64,000 nucleotides of DNA from Longimicrobiales bacterium (GTDB lineage Bacteria; Gemmatimonadota; Gemmatimonadetes; Longimicrobiales; Gaopeijiaceae). The DNA lies in the NCBI GenBank assembly GCA_965202985.1, contig CBDBCF010000001.1, forward strand, positions 1,536,001 through 1,600,000, in the 5' to 3' direction. Below the pieces are notes generated by a model. It saw only the letters and a program-made list of their open reading frames with translations, had not been told where the DNA came from and did no database searches. The translations under genes were made by a program, and so were the position numbers. Positions within the stretch are counted from its first letter, which is position 1, and every line of letters starts with the position of its first letter. This document shows, piece after piece, positions 48,344 through 57,712 of the stretch.

Positions 48344-49747
48344 ATGAGCGAAGCATCCCGAGGCAATTGGACCTCCAACGCCGGCTTCGTGCTGGCCGCC
48401 ACCGGCAGCGCAATCGGCCTGGGCAACCTCTGGAAGTTCCCGTTCATCACCTGGGAGAACGAGGGCGGCGCCTTCGTCCTGGTCTACCTGATCTGCATCG
48501 CCGCGGTCGGCCTGCCGATCATGATGGCCGAGCTGCTGATCGGGCGACGAAGCCAGAAGAGCGCGGTCGGGGCGCTGAAGGAGGCCGCGGGTCCGCTGTG
48601 GGGGATCGTGGGCGGCTGGGGGGTGCTGGCCGCGTTCATCCTGCTGAGCTACTACACGGTCATCGCGGGGTGGTCGCTGTACTACTTCGCCAAGTCCGTC
48701 GGCTGGTCGGTGGGCGGCTTCCCGGCGGGCATCAACACGGGCGACGTGTTCGACGCGCAAGTGGGCAACGCCGGCTTGCAGCTGACGCTCTCGCTGGGGT
48801 TCAGCGTGGCCACGATCGCGGTGGTGTACTTCGGAGTGCAGCGCGGAATCGAGCGGATCGCCCGCATATTCCTGCCGATCCTCTTCGGCATCCTGGTGCT
48901 GATGCTGTTCAGCGCTCTGGGAATGAGCGGGTCTGGCGAAGCGCTGGGCTTCATCTTCCGTCCCAACTTCGGCGAACTCGATGGAGGGTCGGTGCTGGAA
49001 GCCCTTGGTCACTCGTTCTTTACGCTGTCGCTGGGGATGGGCGCGATGATCACCTACGGGTCGTACCTGGCCCGAAACCAGTCCGTGGTGAAGGCGTCGG
49101 GGTTGATCGTGTTGCTCGATACGCTGATCGCGCTGATCGCAACGGTCATCATGTTCTCGGTGATCTTCTCGGTCGCGGGGATGAGCGACGAGGTTTCGGG
49201 CACCGGTACCGTGGGAATGCTCTTCATCTCGCTGCCGCAGCTCTTCTTCACCGAAGTGCCGTTCGGTTCGATCCTGGGCCCGCTCTTCTACGTTCTCGTG
49301 GCGCTGGCCGCGCTTACCTCCACGATGTCGTTGCTGGAGGTCGTCACCAGCTACATGATCGACGAGCGCGGCATCGCTCGCCACAAGGCCACGGTCGTCT
49401 CCGGAGCGGCGATTTTCGTCTTCACGATCTTCGCCGCGTTGTCGTTCACGGGCACGCCCTTCCTGTCCAACCTCTCCGTCCCCTTCTTCGGCGGGGGCAA
49501 GGAGGGCTGGTTCAGCAACGCCGACCACTTCGTGTCGAACTGGATGCTGCCGACGGGCGGACTCGCCATCACGCTGGCCGCAGGTTGGTTCATGACCCGC
49601 AAGGCCACGCATGCCGAACTCGTGGACGGGACCGAACCACGCTGGTTTCACTACGGCGCTTGGCGCTTCTTCATCCGCTTCGTGGCACCGGCGGCCGTGC
49701 TGGCGATCATCCTTGCCGTGATCTTCTTGGGCGAGGACTTCAGCTAA
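48344..49747 (+). CDS. Sodium-dependent transporter, NSS/SNF family
   Basis: AAGGAG RBS; GSAIGLGNLWKFP..GGAF..FFTLSLGMGAMITYGSY. Confidence 0.93.
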   Translation: MSEASRGNWTSNAGFVLAATGSAIGLGNLWKFPFITWENEGGAFVLVYLICIAAVGLPIMMAELLIGRRSQKSAVGALKEAAGPLWGIVGGWGVLAAFILLSYYTVIAGWSLYYFAKSVGWSVGGFPAGINTGDVFDAQVGNAGLQLTLSLGFSVATIAVVYFGVQRGIERIARIFLPILFGILVLMLFSALGMSGSGEALGFIFRPNFGELDGGSVLEALGHSFFTLSLGMGAMITYGSYLARNQSVVKASGLIVLLDTLIALIATVIMFSVIFSVAGMSDEVSGTGTVGMLFISLPQLFFTEVPFGSILGPLFYVLVALAALTSTMSLLEVVTSYMIDERGIARHKATVVSGAAIFVFTIFAALSFTGTPFLSNLSVPFFGGGKEGWFSNADHFVSNWMLPTGGLAITLAAGWFMTRKATHAELVDGTEPRWFHYGAWRFFIRFVAPAAVLAIILAVIFLGEDFS

Positions 49748-49757
49748 AGCGAGGCGA

Positions 49758-51935
49758 TTGGCGGAGGTGCGCGGCGGAGCGGACAGGCCGGCTGGCCGAG
49801 AGACGAACGGCGAACCCCTAGCCGGTAGCGGGGCCGACGTCCTTGCGGCCCTCCGCGTCGAAAAGCGGCCGGCGGTGCTCCGGTTCCCGGGGCGGGTCCT
49901 GTACTTGGTGGATAATGCGCAACTGCTGCGCCGCCAGCTTCGCGACGGCATTGACCTGACGCTCGCCGAGGCCACCGAAGCAGGCCTTCGAGACCAAATC
50001 AGCACCGACGAGATCACGCCCGCGTACATCTGCTTCTTCTACGACGAGACGCTGGGCGAGTTCCCCTACCTGGGTTTGCGGGCGCGAGCCCCCGGGCCTG
50101 ACGGCGCGACCGGGACCGACGAGGCTCCGGTGGAACGCGGCAGCGTGAAGGCGGGCGGGTTCGCGTGCTCGGTCGCCGGGAAGCGCCGTGGCAAGGGGTC
50201 GAGCCGCGAGCAGAGTCCGTACGCGGAACGGATGGCGGGCATCCAGGTGGTCGTGTCCGAGAGCATCGAACGCATCTACGAGGAGAACTGCCAGAACCTG
50301 GGCGTTCTCACGACGACCGACCTGGGCGTGGCGGAGCGCATCCGCGCCGGCGAGCCGATCCCGCTGGCCGAGTTCACCGCCGGCAAGGACGAGATCACGC
50401 GGCAGATCGTTGAGTACGGCGGCCTGTTCGAGTTCAACGCGGCGCGCTTGCAGGGCAAGGTGACGCTGCCCGCCCCCGAGGCGCTGGGAACAGAGGCGCG
50501 CAACGGCGAGGCGCGGAGCGGCGAAGGGCGCGACGCTGGACAGCCGTCCCCGCGCCGTCCGATGACGCTCGGCGAGAAGATCTTCGCCCGCAAGTGGGTC
50601 GTGGACGCGGCACGGGACTCGGTCGGAGTGAACTGGGCCCAGCCCGGAGAGGCCGGCTTTTTCCGCGCAGACCTGCGCTTCTCGCACGAGTACGTGACGC
50701 CGATGGCGGCGATCTTCTTCGAGGAGAAGCTGGGACCGCGCGCCAAGGTGCAGGACCCCGGCTCGGTCCTCTTCTTCCGCGATCACCTGACGTTCCTTCA
50801 CACGGCGATGAGCCAGGAGCGGATCGAGGACGGCCTGCTGGACGTGGCCAACGAGCTGGAGGTCAAGCAGCGGGAGTTCGCGGAGAAGCAGGGCGTGCGC
50901 CTCTACGGCGAACAGATGGGCCACGCCATGGGCTCGGAGGCGATCTGCCACTCCAAGGTGCTCGAGGAGTACGCCGAGCCGGGGATGCTAGTGATCGGGA
51001 CCGACTCGCACACCCCGCACGCCGGGGCCGTGGGCGCGCTGGCGTTCGGCGTCGGCACCACGGCGATCTTCAACTCGTGGATCACCAAGGACGTGCGGGC
51101 GCGCATTCCGTCGTCGTTCAAGGTGGTGGTCTCGGGGATTCCGCCCCGCAACGTGACCGCCAAGGACTACATGCTGGAGATCCTGCGCCACCCGTACGTG
51201 CGCGAGGGCCACGCCATCGGGCAGATCGTGGAGTACGCGGGTCCAGCCGTGGAGGCGCTGTCGGTGGACGAGCGGGCCACGATGACCAACATGGCGGCGG
51301 AGGTGGGCGCCTTCACCGGGATCGTGGCCGCCGACGAACGCACCGTCGAGTTCCTGGTGCAGGAGCGCGGAATGGACCCGGCCGCCGCCCGCGCGCTGGT
51401 GGACGGCATGCAGAGCGACCTCGGCGCCGAGTACGTGACCGTGATCGAGATCGACGCCTCCAAGGTGCGGCCGATGGTCGCGCTTCCCGGCGACCCCGGC
51501 AACGGCGTCCGCATCGACGAGATGGCCGCCGCCGTCCCGATCGAGATCGCCTACGCCGGCTCGTGCACGGCGGGCAAGAAGGAGGACATGGACATGTACG
51601 CCCGCGTCTTCGGCGAAGCCCGTCGGCGGGGCCGGGGCGTGCATCCCGGCGTCAAGTGCTACATCCAGTGCGGGTCGGTGGACGTGCGCGAGTACGCCCG
51701 GGCGCAGGGCTACCTGGACCTCTTCCGCGACGTGGGCGCCGAGTTCGTCGAGCCGGGTTGCGGGGCGTGCATCGCCGCCGGCCCGGGCATCACCGAGCGC
51801 GCCGACCAAGTGTCGGTGTCGTCGCAGAACCGCAACTTCCCCGGACGTTCGGGGCCGGGGCAACTGTACCTGGTGTCGCCCTACTCGGTGGCCGCATCGG
51901 CCGTGGCGGGCAAGGTGTCGGGTTGGGAGGCGTGA
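49758..51935 (+). CDS. Aconitase-family dehydratase, fused swivel (LeuD-like) and large (LeuC-like) domains
   Basis: ISTDEITP, GKGSSREQ (swivel); DSHT, NMAAEVGA, GSCT, PGCGAC, NRNFPGR. Confidence 0.9.
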   Translation: MAEVRGGADRPAGRETNGEPLAGSGADVLAALRVEKRPAVLRFPGRVLYLVDNAQLLRRQLRDGIDLTLAEATEAGLRDQISTDEITPAYICFFYDETLGEFPYLGLRARAPGPDGATGTDEAPVERGSVKAGGFACSVAGKRRGKGSSREQSPYAERMAGIQVVVSESIERIYEENCQNLGVLTTTDLGVAERIRAGEPIPLAEFTAGKDEITRQIVEYGGLFEFNAARLQGKVTLPAPEALGTEARNGEARSGEGRDAGQPSPRRPMTLGEKIFARKWVVDAARDSVGVNWAQPGEAGFFRADLRFSHEYVTPMAAIFFEEKLGPRAKVQDPGSVLFFRDHLTFLHTAMSQERIEDGLLDVANELEVKQREFAEKQGVRLYGEQMGHAMGSEAICHSKVLEEYAEPGMLVIGTDSHTPHAGAVGALAFGVGTTAIFNSWITKDVRARIPSSFKVVVSGIPPRNVTAKDYMLEILRHPYVREGHAIGQIVEYAGPAVEALSVDERATMTNMAAEVGAFTGIVAADERTVEFLVQERGMDPAAARALVDGMQSDLGAEYVTVIEIDASKVRPMVALPGDPGNGVRIDEMAAAVPIEIAYAGSCTAGKKEDMDMYARVFGEARRRGRGVHPGVKCYIQCGSVDVREYARAQGYLDLFRDVGAEFVEPGCGACIAAGPGITERADQVSVSSQNRNFPGRSGPGQLYLVSPYSVAASAVAGKVSGWEA

Positions 51936-51965
51936 AGCCCACGCGTCGACCGGACGCCAGACCAG

Positions 51966-53023
51966 CTAGCGTCCGCCTTCGGCTTCTCTGCTCGCCCCGC
52001 CCGTCCGTCGCGCCAAGGCCACGATGGAAGGGAACACATCCCAGGCCTCGACGGTAAACACCCTGTCCCAGGACACGACCGCCTCGTTCGCATAGTGGGG
52101 GAGAACGTCGGTTCCCAGGTACGCCCGGACCGCACGTCGAATTTGTCCAGCAACCGGCCGCGCAGTTGACTCTCGCCGCCGAACAGGACGAACAACGTGT
52201 CCTCGACCACGGACAAAGACAGGCCGTTTTCGGCGGGACGCCTTGTCATTTGCATATGCCACCGGTTCCCTTGACGCACCTCGCGCACCTTCGGAAAATC
52301 CGAATGCTCGACGTAAGGGAAGACGCCCACCAGCTCGGTGCCCCGGAACGTCATCCAGCCGTTGCCATAACGGAACCCGAACACCCAGCCTTCGTCGCCC
52401 CACCTGACCAGTCCCCCTTGGTGGTGCAACGGGTTCGGCTTTCCGAACTCGGTCGGCAGTGCTGGCTCGACCACGCCGTCGCCATCCCAAAGCGCGAGGA
52501 CAGAACCCGGACCCCCTCCAGTGACGGCCAGCCGCCTGCCCGGCAAGGCGGCTACGTCGTCCACAAAGCGGCCTTGCTCCGGTGTCCGGTTCGTTTCGAG
52601 AGGGCTCCCGTCCGCACTCAACCGGACCACGCGCCGGTTGCCTGAATCGACCAGCACCACCGAGCCGTCCTGCTCCACATCCATAGCCCGGACGTTTAGC
52701 AGCTCGTCCGGCCCTTCGCCCTTTTTCCCCCATGACCACAACAAGTGGCCATCCGCCCCGATTCGGTATGCGGCCTGGTTCGTTATGTCGAAGAAGACCA
52801 AGCCCCCGTCACCGTCCAGACGGGGCGTCCCCGGAGTCGCAAGCAACGTGTCCGACGGGCCGCCAAATGCCCAAAGCGTGTCGAACTCCACAGACGACCG
52901 AACCCGCTCAACGTCGTCGGAGGCCGAAAACAGCGCCTGCGCCACAAGAAGCCGTTCCTGCTGACCGCCGCACTCGCCGACGCAACCCAGCACGAAAGGC
53001 ACCGCTAGCATCCACGCCTTCAC
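51966..53023 (-). pseudogene. 6-bladed beta-propeller protein with a frameshift near the C-terminus
   Basis: WGKKGEGPDEL..VVLVDSGNRR in ORF 51881..53245; plausible C-terminus AYLGTDVLP..SIVALARR in ORF 51966..52739; shift near 52125 (may be a sequencing error). Confidence 0.65.
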
Positions 53024-53129
53024 GCGGACCCCAGCGACTCGAGAATTTCCGCCAACGGACACCCGTCGAACGCCTCCATCTTCACGACCGCCCCAGAGGG
53101 TCGACGACCAAAGCAAGCGACGTTCGCGC

Positions 53130-53708
53130 ATGGCCCAGAACCGCCAAGGACGATGTTGTCCTCGGAGACAATGTCCCGTGCGGGAACGATTCGCTAGCCA
53201 ACCGGACTGCAACGGGAAGCTCGCCGGCACCTCCCTGGCCGGCAAGGTGTCGGGCAGACTCGAACTTGGGAAATCCGGTGCGGCTCTCCGCGCCGCGTCT
53301 CAACCGGCTTCCGCGCGCCCCGGCTGGCCCCAGCGCGGACGCCCGCACCCAAGGCTTCGACCTGACGGGACGCTGGCGTTGCCGGGGATGCGGTGGCGCG
53401 CGGCGGACCTGTCGGCCAGCTTCCACCGCAACGAGATGGTGATCACCGCCAACCGCAACTCCGCTTTCGTCCGCGAAACCCAGACGATGCTCATCACGGA
53501 GAACCAGCCCAAGCAGCGGATCGGAGCCGCGCTGGATGTGCGGTCGGTCTGGGGGATCGGCGCACGCTCCCGGCTGAACCACGGTGGCTCCGTCAAGCTG
53601 CCGCCCGGCCACGTGGCCCAGCTGTGGGCATTCGACTACCCGGCGGAGTCGTCCTACGGACTCTCGGGACGGGTCACCAGCGCGTGGGCCGACCTGGCGA
53701 TCTGGTAG
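53130..53708 (+). CDS. Hypothetical protein or fragment ending ..SAWADLAIW
   Basis: Coding-like codon bias in the 3' two thirds; stop 4 bp before the next gene; start uncertain. Confidence 0.45.
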   Translation: MAQNRQGRCCPRRQCPVRERFASQPDCNGKLAGTSLAGKVSGRLELGKSGAALRAASQPASARPGWPQRGRPHPRLRPDGTLALPGMRWRAADLSASFHRNEMVITANRNSAFVRETQTMLITENQPKQRIGAALDVRSVWGIGARSRLNHGGSVKLPPGHVAQLWAFDYPAESSYGLSGRVTSAWADLAIW

Positions 53709-53712
53709 AGAG

Positions 53713-55485
53713 GTGGCGCAGGCGTCCGGTCGTCGAGAGTTGCTTGTAGTGGCGTCCTTCACGGTAGGGATGTGTCTCGCGCTAATCGCGGGCCTAAGAG
53801 AGATCAGCACGACAACCCTGCCTGTGCCTGGTGCGTTCGATCCCTCGGACCCATTGACGATGTCATGGCAGGATCTCGCGAGGCGCAATAGCGTGGTCGT
53901 TCTCCTGCTAATTGCGGGCGGCGTTCTCGGGGGTATGCCGACTATCGTGTTGCTGGCGCTGAACGGCTTCCTCGTGGGGAATGCACTGTCGGCCTTTGCC
54001 TCCAGCGAACTTGGCATAATGCGATTTCTTCTCTCAGCGGGTCCACACGGCGTACTTGAGATGAGTGGCCTGGTTCTCGCCGGTGCAGCCGGTCTCGGAG
54101 TTGCAGCCCACCTCCTTGGTGTGTTTGGCGTCAACTTCAGGCCCCCGTCCTTTCGAAGCCTGCTGTGCCAGGGACTCGCCGCGGGCCTGCTCATGCTGCC
54201 TGCGGCGTGGATCGAAGTCAACGCTACGCCAAAAGTGGTCGCTCTACTGTGGGATGCGGAAGTCGTAGCGAAGGCAGAAATCCTTGTTCGATGGTGTACG
54301 ATTATCGCAATACAGGCACTATCGATATGGATGCTATTTAGTGTCTATAGCGCTATTGGCGAATCACCAAGCCCTGGTATAGTCAGGATATTGGCTACAG
54401 TACTGCCTTTGTGGAGTACACTTGTTGCCGGAGTCTGCATTGTGGTGTACGAATACTATTTCGTGGAGTGGAGGACTGCCGGCGCAACCTGGACGGCACT
54501 TGCATTTGTAGTGCTCTGTGGCTTGCCATCTCTCTTATATGGAGCAGCCCGAAACTACACGGCCCGCTCGAAAGATGTCGGCACCGGGTTTCGGGTTCAT
54601 GTCCCATGGATGTTGCTTGCGGCAGCGTATCTGCTGATCGGGTATGGCACAGCAGCAGTATTGGACGTACTTCTGCCCAACATGCATAGACTTGCAAGTA
54701 TACTCCTGTGTGCAATGACAACAACGTTAGTTGTGATATTGACCGGTCCAGTACTTGTCCGGCGACTCCTCGCCGAAACGATGCCAATTGATTGGTCGGA
54801 CCGGCAGTACTTGGACACGGCGACCCTGTTGGATCAGTTGCGCTGTTCGCGAAATCATGTGCGGTTGATAAGAATGCGAAGCGACAAGCTGGTGAATGCG
54901 ATGGCCAGCGGCATTCTGCCGGGAAGTCGCCAGATCATTCTGACAACCGATCTGGTCGCATGCCTGATGCCACGAGAACTCGCAGCCGTAGTAGCGCATG
55001 AAGTTGGTCACCATCGTCGCAGGCACTTGCAAGTCGGAGCAATGTTGCTGTCGCTGTTGACCTTGCTCTATGCTGTCGGTATAGCAGTACTGGAGAGCCT
55101 TGCGTCAACACTTGGCTTGGGTCCTCTTGGCGGGATGGTCGTCCTGCTTTGGATGTCGACATTCGTACTATTGGCAATACCGGCGCTGCTAGCAGCCTGT
55201 TTTCGCTCATTTGAATGGCAAGCAGATGCGTACGCTGCCCGCCACGGTCTTGCCGGGGAGCTGGCCTCGGCACTTGAGAGAATCGGCAGCTCCGAAACCG
55301 AACGTCGGATTAACTCGCGTATTGCACGGCTATTGGCGTTTCATCCACCGCGGCAGAATAGAATTCAGCAGCTGAGATCGTATAGTGGCGACACGCTTGA
55401 CCTTGAACCAGTCGTTGCCCAGCAAGCACCTTCGCAGAAAGTGCCCCTCAGCCCACCAAGTCGCCCAGCAGGAAGAGGTCGGTGA
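53713..55485 (+). CDS. SpoIIM/DUF95 membrane domain fused to an M48 (HtpX-like) metallopeptidase
   Basis: LALNGFLVG..PHGVLE..AAWIE (DUF95); VNAMASG..ELAAVVAHEVGH..EWQADAYA..HPP..RI (M48); AT-richer. Confidence 0.8.
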   Translation: MAQASGRRELLVVASFTVGMCLALIAGLREISTTTLPVPGAFDPSDPLTMSWQDLARRNSVVVLLLIAGGVLGGMPTIVLLALNGFLVGNALSAFASSELGIMRFLLSAGPHGVLEMSGLVLAGAAGLGVAAHLLGVFGVNFRPPSFRSLLCQGLAAGLLMLPAAWIEVNATPKVVALLWDAEVVAKAEILVRWCTIIAIQALSIWMLFSVYSAIGESPSPGIVRILATVLPLWSTLVAGVCIVVYEYYFVEWRTAGATWTALAFVVLCGLPSLLYGAARNYTARSKDVGTGFRVHVPWMLLAAAYLLIGYGTAAVLDVLLPNMHRLASILLCAMTTTLVVILTGPVLVRRLLAETMPIDWSDRQYLDTATLLDQLRCSRNHVRLIRMRSDKLVNAMASGILPGSRQIILTTDLVACLMPRELAAVVAHEVGHHRRRHLQVGAMLLSLLTLLYAVGIAVLESLASTLGLGPLGGMVVLLWMSTFVLLAIPALLAACFRSFEWQADAYAARHGLAGELASALERIGSSETERRINSRIARLLAFHPPRQNRIQQLRSYSGDTLDLEPVVAQQAPSQKVPLSPPSRPAGRGR

Positions 55486-55822
55486 GCAGGGCTCGGACGT
55501 GGACGGAGGCGTTGAGGTTGTCCACGAGCTGGGAAGACACGGTCGGCTGGGCGCGCACCAAGCGCACCAGCGCCTGGGCGGCGGAGGCGTCGCGCTCCAG
55601 CACGGCGACGGCTTCCTTGCGGCCCGAGGCGTTGGGCAGGTGCGCGCGAAAGCCGTCGGCCAAGCCGTCCAAGGCCTCGTCGAAGCGCCGCAGGTAGTCG
55701 CGCACTTGTTCGCCGGCGGAACCGGCGGCCTCGCCCGCGAGTCCCTGGGCCGCGTAGGCCAGGAAGAACTCGTAGGCTTCCTCGATCAGCTCCGCTCGGG
55801 ACTTCAGGTCGTCCCGGGTCAC
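55448..55822 (-). CDS. Hypothetical protein
   Basis: IEEAYEFFLAYAAQG..SQLVDNLNASVHVRALLTDLFL; coupled to the cytochrome b gene. Confidence 0.75.
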   Translation of the reverse strand: MTRDDLKSRAELIEEAYEFFLAYAAQGLAGEAAGSAGEQVRDYLRRFDEALDGLADGFRAHLPNASGRKEAVAVLERDASAAQALVRLVRAQPTVSSQLVDNLNASVHVRALLTDLFLLGDLVG

Positions 55823-56667
55823 GTGCCTTCCGGTGCGCCTTTGGCGGCAGGCCCTTCGGTCGCTGCCGCACTGGCCGCCCATCGCTCGGGGTCGTGGTTC
55901 TGCAGGTAGCGGTCGCGACTGATCCAGCCGTTGATCATGGACCAGGTCATCCAGCGCTTCTCGGGGCGGATCGCGAAGTAGACGTGGGCGATCACGAGGA
56001 AGATCAGCCCGATCCCGCACGCGCCGTGCACCACGTACACCCAGCCCCACACGGCGTCGCCGAACAGGTAGGGGTTCTGTTCCCACAGGAAGTGGTCGAT
56101 GCGGAACATCATGAGCACGCCGGTGACCACGGCCCCCAGCGTGACGACCGTGGCGGCGTGGTGGAACATCTTCTGGTCGGCGGGATACTTGCCCGGGCGG
56201 GGCGGCTCTTCGTCGCCGGCACGCAACGCCTTCTTGAGGTTCTGGGCCGCTTCCTCCACGTCGCGCCGGCCCATCCACATCGTGCGGAAGTCCTGCTTCG
56301 CGAAGACGTGCCAGACGTGGTACGCCAACGTCAAGATCAGGCCGAAGCCGGCGATCCAGTGCACCGTCACCCAGGGGAACCGGATGCCCAGCAGGGGGAA
56401 GAACGCCGTGATCAGCAGCACGAACATGGCCACGGTCATCGACCAGTGGAACGCTCGGGCGCCGGTGGAGTGGCGCAGGATCTTCTCCGGCAAGCCCTTG
56501 GCCTCGTCCGGGTCCACGGCGTCCGCGCGCTTCTTCTTTGGCACCAGGAAGGCGTGGCCCGCCACGAAGAGCGCCCCCACGGCCACGGCCGCCCAGATCA
56601 GGTCCCAGGAGACGCCGACCAGGACGTCTTCGCCCCAAGGGTTCAGGGTCCGTCGCAGGAACTCCAT
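55819..56667 (-). CDS. Cytochrome b, formate dehydrogenase gamma / Ni-hydrogenase cytochrome b family
   Basis: ARAFHW, VHWIAG, GKYPADQKMFH, VVHG, AHVY, SMINGW. Confidence 0.85.
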   Translation of the reverse strand: MEFLRRTLNPWGEDVLVGVSWDLIWAAVAVGALFVAGHAFLVPKKKRADAVDPDEAKGLPEKILRHSTGARAFHWSMTVAMFVLLITAFFPLLGIRFPWVTVHWIAGFGLILTLAYHVWHVFAKQDFRTMWMGRRDVEEAAQNLKKALRAGDEEPPRPGKYPADQKMFHHAATVVTLGAVVTGVLMMFRIDHFLWEQNPYLFGDAVWGWVYVVHGACGIGLIFLVIAHVYFAIRPEKRWMTWSMINGWISRDRYLQNHDPERWAASAAATEGPAAKGAPEGT

Positions 56668-56687
56668 GGCGTCGCGCGCGCCCCCGG

Positions 56688-57695
56688 CTAGGCGACGGCC
56701 GCGTCGCGCACCGAACGCATGACCAGGTTCCGCATGAGGGCGATCTTGTAGTCGTTGTGGCGAAGCGCGCGGGCGCCTTCCACGGCGGCCTCGCCCGCCA
56801 TCCGCCCGATCTCTTCGCCGGGCTCGCGGCCCGCGACGACCGCTTCGGCCTCCCGACACCGCACCGGGTAGGGCGCGACGCCGTTGACCACGATCCGGGC
56901 GTCCCGGACCACGCCGCCCTCCATCTGGAGCACCGAGGCCACGCTGGCCAGGGAGAAGTCCCACGACTTGCGGTCGCGAACCTTCTCGAAGTACCAGCGG
57001 GCACCGGGCCGGGGCGCGGGGAGGCGCATCCGGGTCAGCACGTCGCCGGGCTCCAGGACGGTCATGCGCATGATGTCGATTGCCGGACCGATGAAGAAGT
57101 CGGCGGCGGCATGGGTGGTCTCTCCCGAGGGGCCGGCCACTGTCATCTCGGCGTCCAGGGCCACCAGCGCCGGCGCCGTGTCCGACGGGTTGACGGCCAC
57201 GCACCGACTGGCCCCCAGGATGCAGTGCTCGCGGTTCATGGAACGCGGCGTGGCGGCGTAGCAGATGTTGCCTCCGGCCCGGTAGCAGGGCCAGCCGCTC
57301 CGGTAGTACCAGCAGCGCGTGTCCTGGGCGATGTTGCCGCCCAAGGTGCCCTGGTTGCGGATCTGGGGCGTGGCGACGAGCCCCGCGGCTTCGGCCAGCA
57401 GGGGATAGCGGCTTCGGACGGCTTCGTCCTCGGCCACGTCGGTGAGCGTGGTCATGGCGCCGATCTCCAGGCCTCCGTCGTCGCCTTGGGAGATGCCGCG
57501 AAGCTCGGGGACGCCGCTCAGGTCGACGACCGCCGTCGGCCGCTTGATCCGGTCCTTGAACCAGTCGAAGGTGTCCAGCCCGCCCGCCAGCACCCAGCCG
57601 TCCCGGCCGTGCTCCGCCAGCAGGCGAACGGCGTCTTCCACGCCCGCCGGCTGGTAGAGTTCGAACGGCGGGATCATGTCGCGAATGACTGCCAC
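56688..57695 (-). CDS. Xanthine dehydrogenase-family FAD-binding subunit (PaoB-like)
   Basis: LAGGLD..ATPQIRNQGTLGGN..RCWYYR..C..C..C (4Fe-4S insert)..SDTAPAL. Confidence 0.9.
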   Translation of the reverse strand: MAVIRDMIPPFELYQPAGVEDAVRLLAEHGRDGWVLAGGLDTFDWFKDRIKRPTAVVDLSGVPELRGISQGDDGGLEIGAMTTLTDVAEDEAVRSRYPLLAEAAGLVATPQIRNQGTLGGNIAQDTRCWYYRSGWPCYRAGGNICYAATPRSMNREHCILGASRCVAVNPSDTAPALVALDAEMTVAGPSGETTHAAADFFIGPAIDIMRMTVLEPGDVLTRMRLPAPRPGARWYFEKVRDRKSWDFSLASVASVLQMEGGVVRDARIVVNGVAPYPVRCREAEAVVAGREPGEEIGRMAGEAAVEGARALRHNDYKIALMRNLVMRSVRDAAVA

Positions 57696-57712
57696 TTGAC
57701 TCTCCTTGTCTT

